From: Channa argus
Taxonomy: Eukaryota
DNA length: 64,000 nucleotides
Assembly: GCF_033026475.1 (NCBI RefSeq)
Contig: NC_090205.1
Location: 6,037,544 to 6,101,543, forward strand
Reading direction: 5' to 3'
Positions within the stretch are counted from its first letter, which is position 1. Every line of letters begins with the position of its first letter. The notes under the pieces were generated by a model that did no database searches, was not told where the DNA came from, and saw only the letters and a list, made by a program, of their open reading frames with translations. Positions 35,600 to 47,490 of this stretch are shown in pieces. A program made the position numbers and the translations under genes.

Positions 35600-36100
35600 T
35601 GTTTGGTTTTGAGGGTAAGCAGCAGAAGACACACTAAAATACATGTGTGATTAAGACAACCCAGCTACAAAAACACAACAGACTTTGACTGTGTGTGTTG
35701 CTGCACGTGAGACATTTCTATTGAGTCTTTCTGTCTCTGCTGAATTTAAAATCTTGGGCAAAGAGAAGAGCACGATTGTTCTCTGTTTGATCCATCTCTC
35801 TGCACTTATGTCCATAAACCTGTTTGTCTTCCAAATCAGAGCAGTGCAGATTTTCTGGATTATCACCTTGAACACTGTTGAACACGATGGTGAACATTCT
35901 TCTACAAAAACATTATTTTAAGAAACACTACAGCTATAAAGAAGTGAACCATGAGAACATGTTGTTACTGTTTATCTGTCTTTAATGAATCCTAATCATC
36001 ATTAGGAAGATGGATGAAAAATGAAAGTAGAATTCAACTGATGTACCTTTAGGAGGATTTGGAGAAAGAGTCATAACTAACATGGCCACAAGATGTCACT
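35600..36100 (-). promoter_or_regulatory. Conserved CLR 5' flanking block (copy upstream of gene C)
   Basis: It is homologous to 22900-23300 and 46990-47490 at about 90% identity, and includes the TATA-like cttctttatagctgtagtg. Confidence 0.35.
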
Positions 36101-36424
36101 CTTAGATTCAAGCAAACACACAATTTGAACAAACACTATTGTTTAACATTTATGATCACAGATGAACAAAAATCTTTTGTCATCTTTTGTGAGAGTTATC
36201 TGTAGATTCTTTGAGATGTGGAACTTTTAGCAATTTACATCTTCTAATTAATTTATTTCTGTATTTTTAGGATTATTATAACATTAAACACATTGTAAAT
36301 TGTGAGATACTCATCAAATGTGAGTGAGGCATAGAAATAGCACTTGTTTATTCAATGTTAGAAAAAAATGAACGATGCTCTCATTTACTAGCCAGTACTT
36401 ACTGTAATATTGTTTTAGATTCCT

Positions 36425-37797
36425 TTAAACAATGTAAATTATGGAAAAGTAAGCTCTCAGACCTGCAAATAAAGTTGATGTATACATGGACAAAGTGCTT
36501 GGTACCCTTCCTGTAAAGAAAAAAAAAAAAACCCAATGGTCCATGAAATAATTTGAATCTGACAAAGTAATAAATAAAAATGTACTGAAAATCAGCTTAT
36601 GAAAATCAGACTTTGCCTTTGAATTGTGCTTTTTTAAGCATTTTAATGAAATAATCAAACTGGCCTGGACAAAAATGATGGAACCCTTAGAAAAGATTCC
36701 AAATAATTTGACCATACGGACACGTTAAGCTGAAGTGTGTCCTGTAATTAGCATCACAGGTGTGTGTAGCACACTGAACGTGGACCACAGAAAGCTAAGG
36801 AGAGAGTTGTCTCAGGAGATTAGAAAGAAAATTACTGACAAACATGTTAAGGGTAAAGTTTATAAGACCATCACCAAGCAGCTTGATGTTCCTGTGACTA
36901 CAGCTGCACATATTATTCAGAAGTTTAAGCTCAGTGGAACTGTAGCCAACATCTGTGGATGTGGCTGCAAGAGGAAAATCGATGACAAATTGAAGAGATG
37001 GATGATATGAATGGTAACTAATGAGCCCAGATGAACTTCTAAAGAGACTGGAGGTGAATTCCAACGTGAAGGTGCATCCGTGTCAGATCGCACCATCCGT
37101 CACTGTTTGAGCCAAAGTGGACTTAATGGAGCACGACCGAGGAGGACTCCACTGTTGAAGGCAAATCATAGAAAAGTGAGACTGGAATTTGCCAAAATGC
37201 ATATTGACAAGCCACAAAGCTTCTAGGTGACTGTCCTTTGGACAGATGAGACAAATCTGGAACTTTTTGACACAGACACAAAAAATGAAGCACACAAAAA
37301 AGGAACACTGCTCATACTGTAAAACATGGAGGAGGCTCGGTTTTGTTTTGAGGCTGCTTTGCTGCTTCTAGTGCAGGGTGTCTTGAATCTGTACAGGCAG
37401 TGAATAATGCTGCCCAGTGTCAGAAAGCTTGGTCTCAGTCACATGTCCTCCAACAGAATAATGACCCACACAGCTCAAAACAAACACTGGACTATTCTGA
37501 AGTGGCCTTTGATGAGCCCTGATCTAAATCCTATTCAAGAGAGAACTGAAACATGCAGTGTGGAGAAGGCTCCCTTCAAACCTGAGACCACTGGAGCAGT
37601 TTGCTCACGAGGAGTGGGCCAAAATACCTGTCGACAGGTGCAGAAGTCACAGAAATCACTTTGTTGAAGTGAACAGCTCAGAAGTTTGTGCAACAAAACA
37701 AAATGTTCCATCATTTTTGTCCAGGCCAATTTCATTAGTTTGTTTTTCAAAATGCTTCTGTTGAACCACAATTCAAAAGCAATGTCTGATTTTCACT
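36425..37797 (+). mobile_element. Tc1-mariner DNA transposon, degenerate (transposase with multiple stops; ~160-bp terminal inverted repeats)
   Basis: ORF 36735-37010 is the HTH N-terminus (...KHVKGKVYKTITKQLDVPVTTAAHIIQKFKLSGTVAN). The region 37080-37330 is transposase with stops. Positions 37558-37764 carry the C-terminal motif LEQFAHEEWAKIPVDRCRSHRNHF. The left IR (36530-36690) is the reverse complement of the right IR (37711-37797). Confidence 0.75.
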
Positions 37798-38089
37798 AGT
37801 TAATTTTTTATTATTATATATTATATATAATTAGCTACTGAACACACACAGTGCTGAGAGTTTTGATTAATGATTGACCCAAACCCAAAAACGTTGAGAT
37901 GATAACAGATCTGACAGTGGGTGAATCCTAGCTTGAGGTTTAAATGGAGTCATTGATGAGCTGATAGAGAGCAGGTGGGCGAGTGCGTGAGAGCCGGACT
38001 CCAGTCGGGACAAATGCGAGTGACTGACAGAATGAAGAAAGAGCATGAGAGGAAAATATTGGGATGTAAACAAAGTGAAGCACTTACTT

Positions 38090-38620
38090 CAAAGTCAGTG
38101 GAGATCCATCCATCCATTTCCAGGTGCCCTCTTTGTCTGTGTCACTCAAACCAATCCATGCATCACTCTGAGCCAATTCAGAGAGGAAAGACTGTTCAGT
38201 ACAAGAAGACCAGAGTTTACATTCCAGTTTTAAGCATCTTATACCTACTTGTTACACAGTCAACAGTATGAAACTTAAAAAGCTGCATAAATAATTGACA
38301 AATTGATATCTACAAAAAGCACACAATCAACTGGATAAATGATTTGACATCTTCATCAGTGTCTTGGGAAAGCTCACAAAAAAAGGAGCTACAGCAGCTT
38401 TACAGCACGTAGCATTTCAACATCACACAGACCAGAAACAGACATTTATCCACAACTTCTCTGTAGGTGAACATTCCTTTATTTCCTCAGTCCTCACTCT
38501 TTGTTCTGTCACACAAACATGGACACACAAACACACTGCACCTGTTCTTCAGCGCTGTCTACGACCACCAGATCTGCTCCTTTACTGCGGGAGTCCTCTC
38601 TGCCTTTTGTCCAAGATTCA
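38090..38620 (-). pseudogene. CLR gene H fragment (CTLD1 3' part with Cys to Ser, CTLD2; CTLD3 and 5' exons missing)
   Basis: CTLD2 (about 38200-38095) reads FLSELAQSDAWIGLSDTDKEGTWKWMDGSPLTLK|GTAAGT. CTLD1 (about 38615-38520) reads SWTKGREDSRSKGADLVVVDSAEEQ, where the canonical EDC Cys is Ser. There is no CPxGW upstream. Confidence 0.55.
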
Positions 38621-39839
38621 TATCTATAATTCACATGTTGAGTTTTTTCTTAAACTGTTTGAGTAAGGTGATGACACAGTATGTTAACTTCAGAAGCTGT
38701 AACATTTTCTACAAAACACATTAAAGTCCAACCTCAGAATCAGTAAAGTTGAGACTGAGCTAACCTGTTTAGCTGGGAGTTTGTTTAGTGTTTAGTTTGT
38801 TTAACACTCAGATCAGGCCAATTCTCCCAATCACTCCCCTCAAGGTTTCTCCATCATTGCCCACCTGCATGTGATGGGCCTACAGGGTGGTGGCTCCACT
38901 CCCAGGTCTGGCTCCAAAAGGGTTCTCAGGTCTACCCATTCCAGGCGAGGTACCACATTACGGAACTGCTGTCTGTGAATTGCACTTGTTCTGTCGAACA
39001 CAGACACGACAAACATGACCTGCACGAATATTTAGATATGGTTTAAAATAAAAGGTTTTTATTGGTTAAAATATAAAATTATAAACAAAAATTATACATT
39101 TGACCTGAGTTTCCTCTCTGTCTTAAAAAAAATGCCAGCATATTAATAGATGATTAGCTTTGCTCTTGGTGCTACTTGAAAATACATTATTATTCTCAAA
39201 TTACATAAACATACATAAAGAGCAAGGACTCTACACTAACAGACACCAGTGAAGCACAGTGTGCTGTTCCCTCTTAACTGAGTCACTGCAAGTCATCGTC
39301 CACAGAAATACTGCAAACACACGGTGATAGATCTTTATTGGAAATCTGCCCAATCTGGTCTGAGTTGTACTTCCCCATTTATCTTTCCCCAGTTCCCCCA
39401 TCAATTCAAATACAAAGATTTTATCTTAAGCTTCATGTTTTTAATCTTTTATTTGAGCAGTTATACGATTGTTTTGATAGCAGAACTGCTTAATCTCATT
39501 GGTCTAGAAAATTATGAAACATATTCCTAAATTGTCAAAAAATAGACACCATCTAAGGGGAGAACATTATCATACTTACATTTCAAATTAAGTTTTAAAC
39601 ATAATACGAAACAAATTCACAGATTATGCTGATTTCTCACATCTGGAGTTTCAACCCCAGAAAGTGAATTTAATCTACCTCTCCCTCACTGTTAACCCTT
39701 CAAACTCGAGTTTCATATCTTTAGAAGACTTTCTATTAGGAAACTCTACTACCAGGGAAAGACAACTTTGTGTTTTTTTGTGAAATTAACTCTTTCGAAA
39801 GTAGGATGGTTCTCTTTTGTCATGTTGTTGTGATGGACA

Positions 39840-40384
39840 TGTAGAAATCTCTTCCACCTGTTATATGAACCTGTTCTTCTGCACTGTCTATAATAACTTG
39901 ATCTGCTTCTTTGCCATGAACCAGACTTACAGGAAATCAAGTCCTCTAACAGGAAAAACTGAACATGCTCCATCCTGCAGGACACATTTTCTGAAACATA
40001 CATAAAAATTAGTCAGTCAGTCTGTGCCAAAGTAAAAACACACTTCATCAGCACAGAATTGGTTTTCTACACAGTCTCTGACTACGAAATTATTTTTCCA
40101 TTTTATCTTCTGACTAAATGACAAATTGTTCATTTGATGTAGGTCATTCACACAGTCTCACATTTTAAACTCGTACAAACTCAACGACTTAGATTTAGCA
40201 GAAGTGTTTCACACACAGTAGCGTTTCCGAACAAATATGTTGATCTGGATGATTGTAAAATATAGATCTGACAGTGTGAGCAGTAACCACAGAGCTGAGT
40301 GACTGTGGTCAAACTCTGAAACCTGTTCAGCTGCTCAGTCATTTCAGTGATGCTGCCATGCAGCTGCTTTCTCTCTTCAGACAC
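39840..40384 (-). pseudogene. CLR gene I fragment (frameshifted CTLD1 exon + neck exon)
   Basis: Positions 39990-39840 read CPAGWSMFSFSC*RT*...EADQVIIDSAEEQ, with stops and a frameshift. ORF 40181-40384 reads ...ERKQLHGSITEMTEQLNRFQS (neck-like). A remnant of the exon-1 upstream flank lies at 40860-41030 without an exon 1. Confidence 0.5.
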
Positions 40385-41227
40385 ATAGAAAAGCTTGTTG
40401 TTGTTCAGTAATGCAGACTATTTTTTAGACTATTGTGCATATTTCTTGGAGCAGGTGTTTGAGGACAGTTTTTTAATGGTGCTGCTCGTTATGAAATGTG
40501 ACTAGTTTAAACATCATCTACAGAACATTTATTTCAGAGTTTTTACATGTGTGTTTGGCAACAAAGTTTTTTATACTGATGACTAAACTTTGTCACCAAC
40601 CTAAAAGATGATATATTTGAAGAAAACAAAAGAAAATCTCATCATGCTGATAATCTGAGACGGTGGACTGAAGGTGGTGAAAGCTGGTGGTGGTACAAAC
40701 AGATGATAAGGGCAAAATATAATAGTAAATAATGAAGTTGGGGTGAACACACCTGAGTGTAGAGGACAAGTAGGGACGTGACAAAGAGATGTATAAGATG
40801 TATTAGGCAAAGTCAACTTATCCGGGCTGACAGTGAACAGAAACTCACTGACACATATTTCCTCAACTGCTCGTAAAGTGACCAACTGTCTCCTGGAAGG
40901 TCACCTCTGCAGCATTGACTGGACTTCCTGTAAGTGATGAAGGGCTTGTTGGTTTTTGGTTTCAGTCTGACACTTCTTTAGCTTTTGAGGAAGTTTCAGC
41001 TGTGGGCAGTTCTTTACTACACAACAAGGCTTCACACAGTTTCTCTCACATTAAACATAGTTTGACATGCTCCTTAAAATGGTTTGTGGCATCATTATAA
41101 AAGACTTTTCTTCTGACACACAAGTCAGAATTCACATGGTCACAAAAGGTCCCTGTTACACACAAACAGTTTTTAGACATTTGAACAAACACTGCTGTTG
41201 TTTCATTTACAATATAAAAGACACAAT

Positions 41228-41400
41228 AAAGACATTTTTGAACACCAATGGCCGGATGGCCTTCCTGCTGCAGGCCTCCCATTTTATCAGGGCTCAGCCC
41301 TTAGTGGCTGGATTCAAACCCGCGGCCTTCTGCATCCTAACCCAATGCTCTACCACAGAACCACCAGGGCCCCACAAAAGTAAAAGTGCAAGTATTGGCC
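41228..41400 (-). mobile_element. tRNA-derived SINE head
   Basis: The reverse complement reads GGGGCCCTGGTGGTTCTGTGGTAGAGCATTGGGTTAGGATGCAGAAGGCCGCGGGTTTGAATCCAGCCACTAAGGGCTGAGCCC, which includes A-box and B-box-like promoter elements. Confidence 0.55.
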
Positions 41401-42057
41401 CAAGAAAGTCTGTACAAGTACCACAGCAAATGTTTTACTCAAGTACTAAGCAGAATATTTATATTTTACTCAAAGTACAAACATATGTCAATGTTAAGTA
41501 TGTCAATACCCGACGGTGGTCTGGTAACCATGTCTACAACTGACTAGAATGAACTAGACACTTTGTGTTGACAGTACAAACATAGCATTACTGTGTGTAT
41601 ATACTGCCATTAAGAAACAAGGCCAAAAAGCATGACCTTTATCCACATATATTATTCAACAGTGATATGAGGTTATAGTGACACAATGAAAAAGAATAAA
41701 CAAGAGAATTTCATTAGTTTAAATGATTTATTCTTATTTGTTGCATTATTATTCATTACATTGCTGGTTTTCTTAGAATTTTCACAAGACAACTTTAATG
41801 CATTATGTCACTGATAAAAATAGGTTGACAAACAGATAAACATCACCAGCCATCAGCCAGTCTGTGCACTGTTCACTTAACCAACCAAGATGTGGACTCA
41901 CCAGGCACAAGGCTACAGAGAAATCTAGAATGAAGCATTGTTCCCTGCAAATCAAACATGCAGAAATGGAGCCTGCTCTCTGATTAGTCCATGGTGTTTG
42001 TATATATGTCAAGAACCTATTTCTAGCAGTTTGTTCAACACAGAAAATGTTTGTATG

Positions 42058-45000
42058 TTACACATTTTTCTCACAGATCCATCGCTGAGATACTTCACAG
42101 TACCGGTCATTCCACTTGTGACCTTTTAGAACTTTAAGTTCTGCACAGTCCTCTCCGGTAAATGAATAACATTTGTTATCACTAGGTTCTCCCTCATCCC
42201 AGTTCCTAAGAGGTGAATGAACAAAACAAAAAAACAATCGGGAAATTGTGAATATCTGACATAAAAAGACTCTTGATGGTCTCTATGTTGATAACTTATT
42301 AAATGTTATGACAGCAGTGGTGCAGTCAGAGCCAACAGTATTGAAACAGACAGGAAGTGTGTCAGCAGTCATTCTAGCAGCTCTGAGAGTCTCCAGTCAG
42401 TGGTGTTCAGAGCCAAATGCTAACTTGAGCTTTTATGTCTTATTTCATCTTTTTTAATCTAATTAATTCTCGTTTGTCTCTTTTCTTTGCAATGGTTTAG
42501 TTCGTTGCTTTTGTTTCTGTGATTTAGGATTTTGGTCTTTTGTTTTGACAAAACACACATTAAATCTAAATACATCTGGAAATAAACAAAGTGAAGTATA
42601 TTACTGTCTTTCTTAAAAGTCAGTGTAGTTCCATCGATCCATCTCCAGGTCCCCTCTTCATCACTGTCACTCAAACCAATCCAAGTTCCCATTGTGGTGA
42701 ATGCAGAGAGAAATGTCTGTTCAATTGAAACAAAAGACAATCGCTGCAATTATATTTTAGTTGTAACCAGCAGGAGTGAGACACAAAGACACAGCACACA
42801 CACATTCATATCCACAAAAAAAGCTGAAACACTTCCATTCATGATACAGTGGATTCAGAAAGCAGTCACATGCTCATATTTCTTCCTCATGTCCATATTA
42901 TCCACATTTATTATAATAGTGGCATAACTGTTAGATTGGCCTGCAACATCAACAATGTATAAAAATATAAAGTACAGATTCATTTAATTATGATTGAAGC
43001 TTATTTTAGATCTGAAATTAGCAGAAGAAACTATTAAAGCATCATCTGAATTGCAGAAAGCATTTTTTTTGCAAAACTATCACTTTACATGTTGTCACTT
43101 TAATAAAAGATATGTAAAAATCCCTGATCATGTTCATCATTCTTTAATGCAACCGCAAGGGGGCACAAGCCAGTGTCTTCTTGTGCCAGTCCCAAGTCTG
43201 GATAAATGCAGATTGTTGTGGCAGGTAGGGCATCCGACGTAAAACACATGCCAAATCAAACATGCGAATCGTGACAAAGACTTCCATACCGGATCGGTCG
43301 GGGCCCGGGTTAACAACGACCGCCACCGGTGCTGTTGACCTACAGGGTACCGGTGGAAATTGGACTACTGTTGGTCGAAGACGAAGAAGAAGAGGAGGAA
43401 GGTGTGTTCGTAGGCAGAGAGAGAATGTAGGACTGACAGTAGGGACTTTGAATGTTGGTACTATGACAGGGAAGGCTAGGGAGTTGATCGACATGATGCA
43501 GAGAAGGAAGGTGGACATACTGTGTGTCCAGGAGACCAGGTGGAAAGGTAGCAAGGCTAGAAGCTTAGGAGCAGGGTTCAAGTTGTTTTACCATGGGTCA
43601 GATAGGAAGAGAAATGGAGTAGGAGTTATATTGAAAGAGGATTTTGTGAGGAATGTTCTAGAGGTGAAAAGAGTATCAGACAGGTTGATGAGTCTGAAGC
43701 TGGAAGTTGAAGGGGTGATGTTCAATGTTGTGAGTGGTTATGCCCCACAGGTAGGATGTGAGTTAGAAGAGAAGGAGAAATTCTGGAGTGAGTTAGATGA
43801 AGTGATGCAGAGCATCCACAGAGGTGAGAGAGTTGTCATTGGTGCAGATTTCAATGGGCATGTAGGTGAAGGGAACAGAGGTGATGAGAATGTGATGGGC
43901 AGGTTTGGTGTTCAGGACAGGACTGCAGAAGGTCAGATGGTGGTTGACTTTGCAAAGAGGATGGAAATGGCTGTAGTAAACACTTTCTTTCAGAAGAGGC
44001 AGGAACATAGGGTGACGTACAAGAGCAGGGTAGAAGCACTCAGGTAGACTACATCTTGTGTAGACGTTGTAATCTGAAAAAGATCAGTGACTGTAAAGCA
44101 TTGGTAGGGGAGAGTGTAGCCAGACAACACAGGATGGTGGTGTGTAAAATGATGCTGGTGGTGAGGAAGATAAGGAGGACTAAGGCAGAGCAGAGGACGA
44201 AGTGGTGGAAGTTGAAAAAGGAAGAATGTCGTTTAGTTTTCAGGGAGGAGCTGAGACAGACTCTGGGTGGTTTGGAGGTGCTTCCAGATGACTGGACTAC
44301 TACAGCTAATTTGATCAGGGAGACAGGTAGGAGGGAACTCGGTGTGTCATCTGGAAAGAGGAAAGCGGACAAGGAGACTTGGTGGTGGAACGAGGAAGTT
44401 CAGGAGTGTATACAGAGAAAGAGGTTAGCTAAGAAGAAGTGGGACACTGAGAGGACTGAAGAGAGTAGACAGGAGCACAGGGAGATGCAGCGTAAGGTGA
44501 AGATAGAGGTGGCAAAGGCCAAACAAAGAGAATATGAGGACTTGTATGCTAGGTTGGACAGTAAAGAGGGAGAGGTGGATTTGTACAGGTTGGCCAGACA
44601 AAGAGACAGAGATGGAAAGGATGTGCAGCAGGTTAGTGTGATTAAAGATAAGGATGGAAATGTATTGACAGGTGCCAGGAGTGTGATGGGAAGATGAAAG
44701 GAGAACTTTGAAGAGTTGATGAACGAGGAAAATGAAAGGGAACGAAGAGTAGAAGAGGTGACTGGTGTGGAGCAGGAAGTAGCAAAGATTAGTAAGAGTG
44801 AAGTGAGGAGGACATTGAAGAGGATGAAGAGCGGAAAGGCAGTTGGTCCTGATGACATACCTGTGGAGGTATGGAAGTGTCTAGGAGAGGTGGCAGTAGA
44901 GTTTTTGACTAGTTTGTTTAACAAGATCTTGGAGAGTGAGAGGATGCCAGAGGACTGGAGGAAAAGTGTACTGGTACCAATTTTTAAGAACAAGGGAGAT

Positions 45001-46639
45001 GTGCAGAGCTGTGGCAACTACAGAGGAATAAAGCTGACGAGTCACACAATGAAGTTGTGAGAAAGAGTAGTGGAAGCTCGGCTAAGGGCAGAGGTGAACA
45101 TTTGTGAGCAGCAATATGGTTTCATGCCTAGAAAGACTACAACAGATGCAGTATTTGCTTTGAGGACGCTGATGGAGAAGTACAGAGAGGGTCATAGGGA
45201 GTTGCATTGTGTCTTCGTAGATTTAGAAAAAGCGTATGACAGGGTGCCGAGAGAGGAGCTGTGGTATTGTATGAGGACGTCTGGAGTGGCAGAGAAGTAT
45301 GTTAGAGTGGTGCAGGACATGTATGAGTGGAGGTGGAGGAAAATCTAGAGAGGTGGAGGTCTGCTCTGGAAAATAGAGGAATGAAGCTTAGCCGCAGTAA
45401 GACAGAATACATGTGTGTGAATGACAAGGACCCAGGTGGAATGGTGAGGTTACAGGGAGCAGAGGTGAAGAAGGTGCAGGACTTTAAGTCAACGGTTCAG
45501 AGCAACGGTGAGTGTGGAAAAGAGGTGAAGAGGCGAGTGCACGCAGGTTGGAACGGGTGGAGAAAAGTGTCAGGTGTGTTGTGTGATAAAAGAGTATCAG
45601 CAAGAATGAAAGGAAAGATGTTCAAGACAGTGGTGAGACCAGAGATGTTGTTCAGCTTAGAGACAGTGGAACTGAAGAAAAGACAGGAGTCAGAGCTGGA
45701 GGTAGCAGAGCTTAAAATGTTGAGGTTCTCTTTGGGAGTGACGAGGATGGACAGGATCAGGAATGAGTACATCAGAGGGACAGCTCATGTTAGATGTGTT
45801 GGAGATAAAGTCAGAGAGGCCAGATTGAGGTGGTTTGGACATGTTCAGAGGAGAAACTGTGAATATATCGGTAGAAGGATGCTGAGGTTGGAGCTGCCAG
45901 GCAGGAGGTCTAGAGGAAGACCAAAGAGGAGATTTATGGATGTAGTGAGGGAGGACATGAAGTTAGTTGGTGTGAGTGAAGAGGATGCAGAGGATAGAGT
46001 TAGATGGAGGCACATGATTCGCTGTGGCGACTCCTGAAAGGGAGCAGCCGAAAGGAAAAGAAGAAGAAGTTCATCATTCTTTGTTTGGACACACTGCACC
46101 TGTTCTTCAGCACTGTTAATGACCACCAGGTCTGCTCCTCTCTTTCTGCAGTCCTCTCTGCCTTTTGTCCATGAACCAGACTCAGTGGACAGGAGATAAC
46201 AGGAGTAGATGAACATCATCCATCCTGCAGGACAAGTTTTCTCTGCAACGTAAAACAATAGATATTAGAAATGTATCAAGACACAACTCCATCTACTGCC
46301 AGAGAAAGATGGTATGAAGTAAAACATGCAAACAGAGGAGTTTTAAGTGTCTTCACATCTTAACATTTTAATGTGCTCACAGAATGTGAACGTGTCCTTA
46401 ATCTTAAACATATAGTGAACAGTTCACAAGTCTAAACCCTTGACAAGATCAAATGTCCTGTCCCTCACTGCCCACACTCACTCACTCTGACACTTGTTCA
46501 GTTCCTCTGCTGTTTTATTGAGTCTGGCTTTCAGCTGGTCTCTCTCTTCAGTCAGTGAAGACACTTTGTTCTTACTGTCCTGGAGAAGCTCAGTCAGGTT
46601 GGTTTTGATGCTGGAGAGTTCTGTTGCTGAGTTATAATC
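42058..46639 (-). pseudogene. CLR gene D: CTLD3 (EPS variant), CTLD2, [RTE LINE in intron], CTLD1, neck; cytoplasmic and TM exons deleted
   Basis: - CTLD3, about 42230-42058: NWDEGEPSDNKCYSFTGEDCAELKVLKGHKWNDRYCEVSQRWICEKNV*.
- CTLD2, about 42738-42620: IEQTFLSAFTTMGTWIGLSDSDEEGTWRWIDGTTLTF.
- CTLD1, about 46230-46080: TCPAGWMMFIYSCYLLSTESGSWTKGREDCRKRGADLVVINSAEEQ.
- Neck, about 46639-46470, with a 12-nt in-frame deletion relative to gene A.
Upstream, the neck-TM intron is joined directly to the 5' flanking block at about 46985, so no TM exon or exon 1 remains. Confidence 0.6.
43146..46068 (+). mobile_element. RTE-type non-LTR retrotransposon (APE endonuclease + RT), near full length, ORF disrupted by several stops/frameshifts, flanked by 14-bp TSD
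   Basis: ORF 43262-44047 is the APE domain (LNVGTMTGKARELIDMMQRRKVDILCVQETRWKG...VVIGADFNGHVGEG). The RT region (44716-46037) carries [32 protein letters not shown] and [14 protein letters not shown], and ends ...HMIRCGDS*. The TSD gttcatcattcttt is present at 43132-43145 and 46069-46082. Confidence 0.85.
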
Positions 46640-46989
46640 TAAAACCACATGAATTCATATAATGTAATACCACATACTATTTAGCCAGGTCTTATTCTTT
46701 GCTATCTTTATAATCTTTAAATATTTATAATGAACTGATGCCCATTTAAGTTCCATGTGCTAAGAAATCAGATATAATTAAGCACATTTGCATACAGGCA
46801 TAATGCTAATCTAATAGAGACTAAGTGAAGGTGAAGTTGCTGTTTGTCTGGTGCAGAACTTTGTCTTTTTAGTCAAAACTACCAATTCTAAAAATAATTC
46901 AATTTTTATTTTACAATGGCATAAAATTTTGAAATTCAAAAGTTAAATTTGTACATTTAAATGACAATTTATAAAGTCTGAAAGTGAAA

Positions 46990-47490
46990 GTGGGCAATTC
47001 TCTTTAGAAGACACACCAGAGTGTCTGATTAAGACAACCCAGCTACAAAAACACAGACTTTGACTGTGTGTGTTGCTGCACTTGAGACATTTCTATTGAG
47101 TCTTTCTGTCTCTGCTGAATTTAAACTCTTGGGCAAAGAGAAGAGCACGATTGTTCTCTGTTTGATCCATCTCTCTGCATTTATGTCCATAAACCTGTCT
47201 GTCTTCCAAATCAGAGCAGTGCAGATTTTCTGGATTATCACCTTGAACCCTGTTGAACACGATGGTGAACAATGTTCTACAAAAACATTTTAAGACACAC
47301 CACAGCTATAAAGAAGTGAAACATGAGAACATGTTGTTACTGTTTATCCGTCTTTAATGAAGACAGTTATTCATAAATTATTCAGTTTATTCACTAGGAA
47401 GATAAATGAAGAAGTAAAATTCAATCTGCCACCACTGATGCACCTTTAGGAGGATTTGGAGAAAGAGTCATAACTAACATGGCCACAAGA
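46990..47490 (-). promoter_or_regulatory. Conserved CLR 5' flanking block (copy on the upstream side of the TM/exon-1 deletion junction of gene D)
   Basis: It is homologous to 22900-23300 and 35600-36100. Confidence 0.3.

Noticed and set aside
40601-40885. 94-aa - strand ORF considered as a possible TM exon for gene I
   Set aside because: The translation is not hydrophobic or TM-like, and does not resemble the conserved TM exon (LGLLSVFLLAGLIVL). Only upstream-flank homology to gene E (40860-41030) is present.
43144-43581. 145-aa - strand ORF overlapping the start of the LINE
   Set aside because: It is antisense to the APE-domain ORF, with no homology signal. It is considered spurious.
44400-45017. 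205-aa ORF on the - strand
   Set aside because: It is antisense to the RTE LINE ORF2, low-complexity and Ser/Leu-rich. It is an artefact of the purine-rich sense strand.
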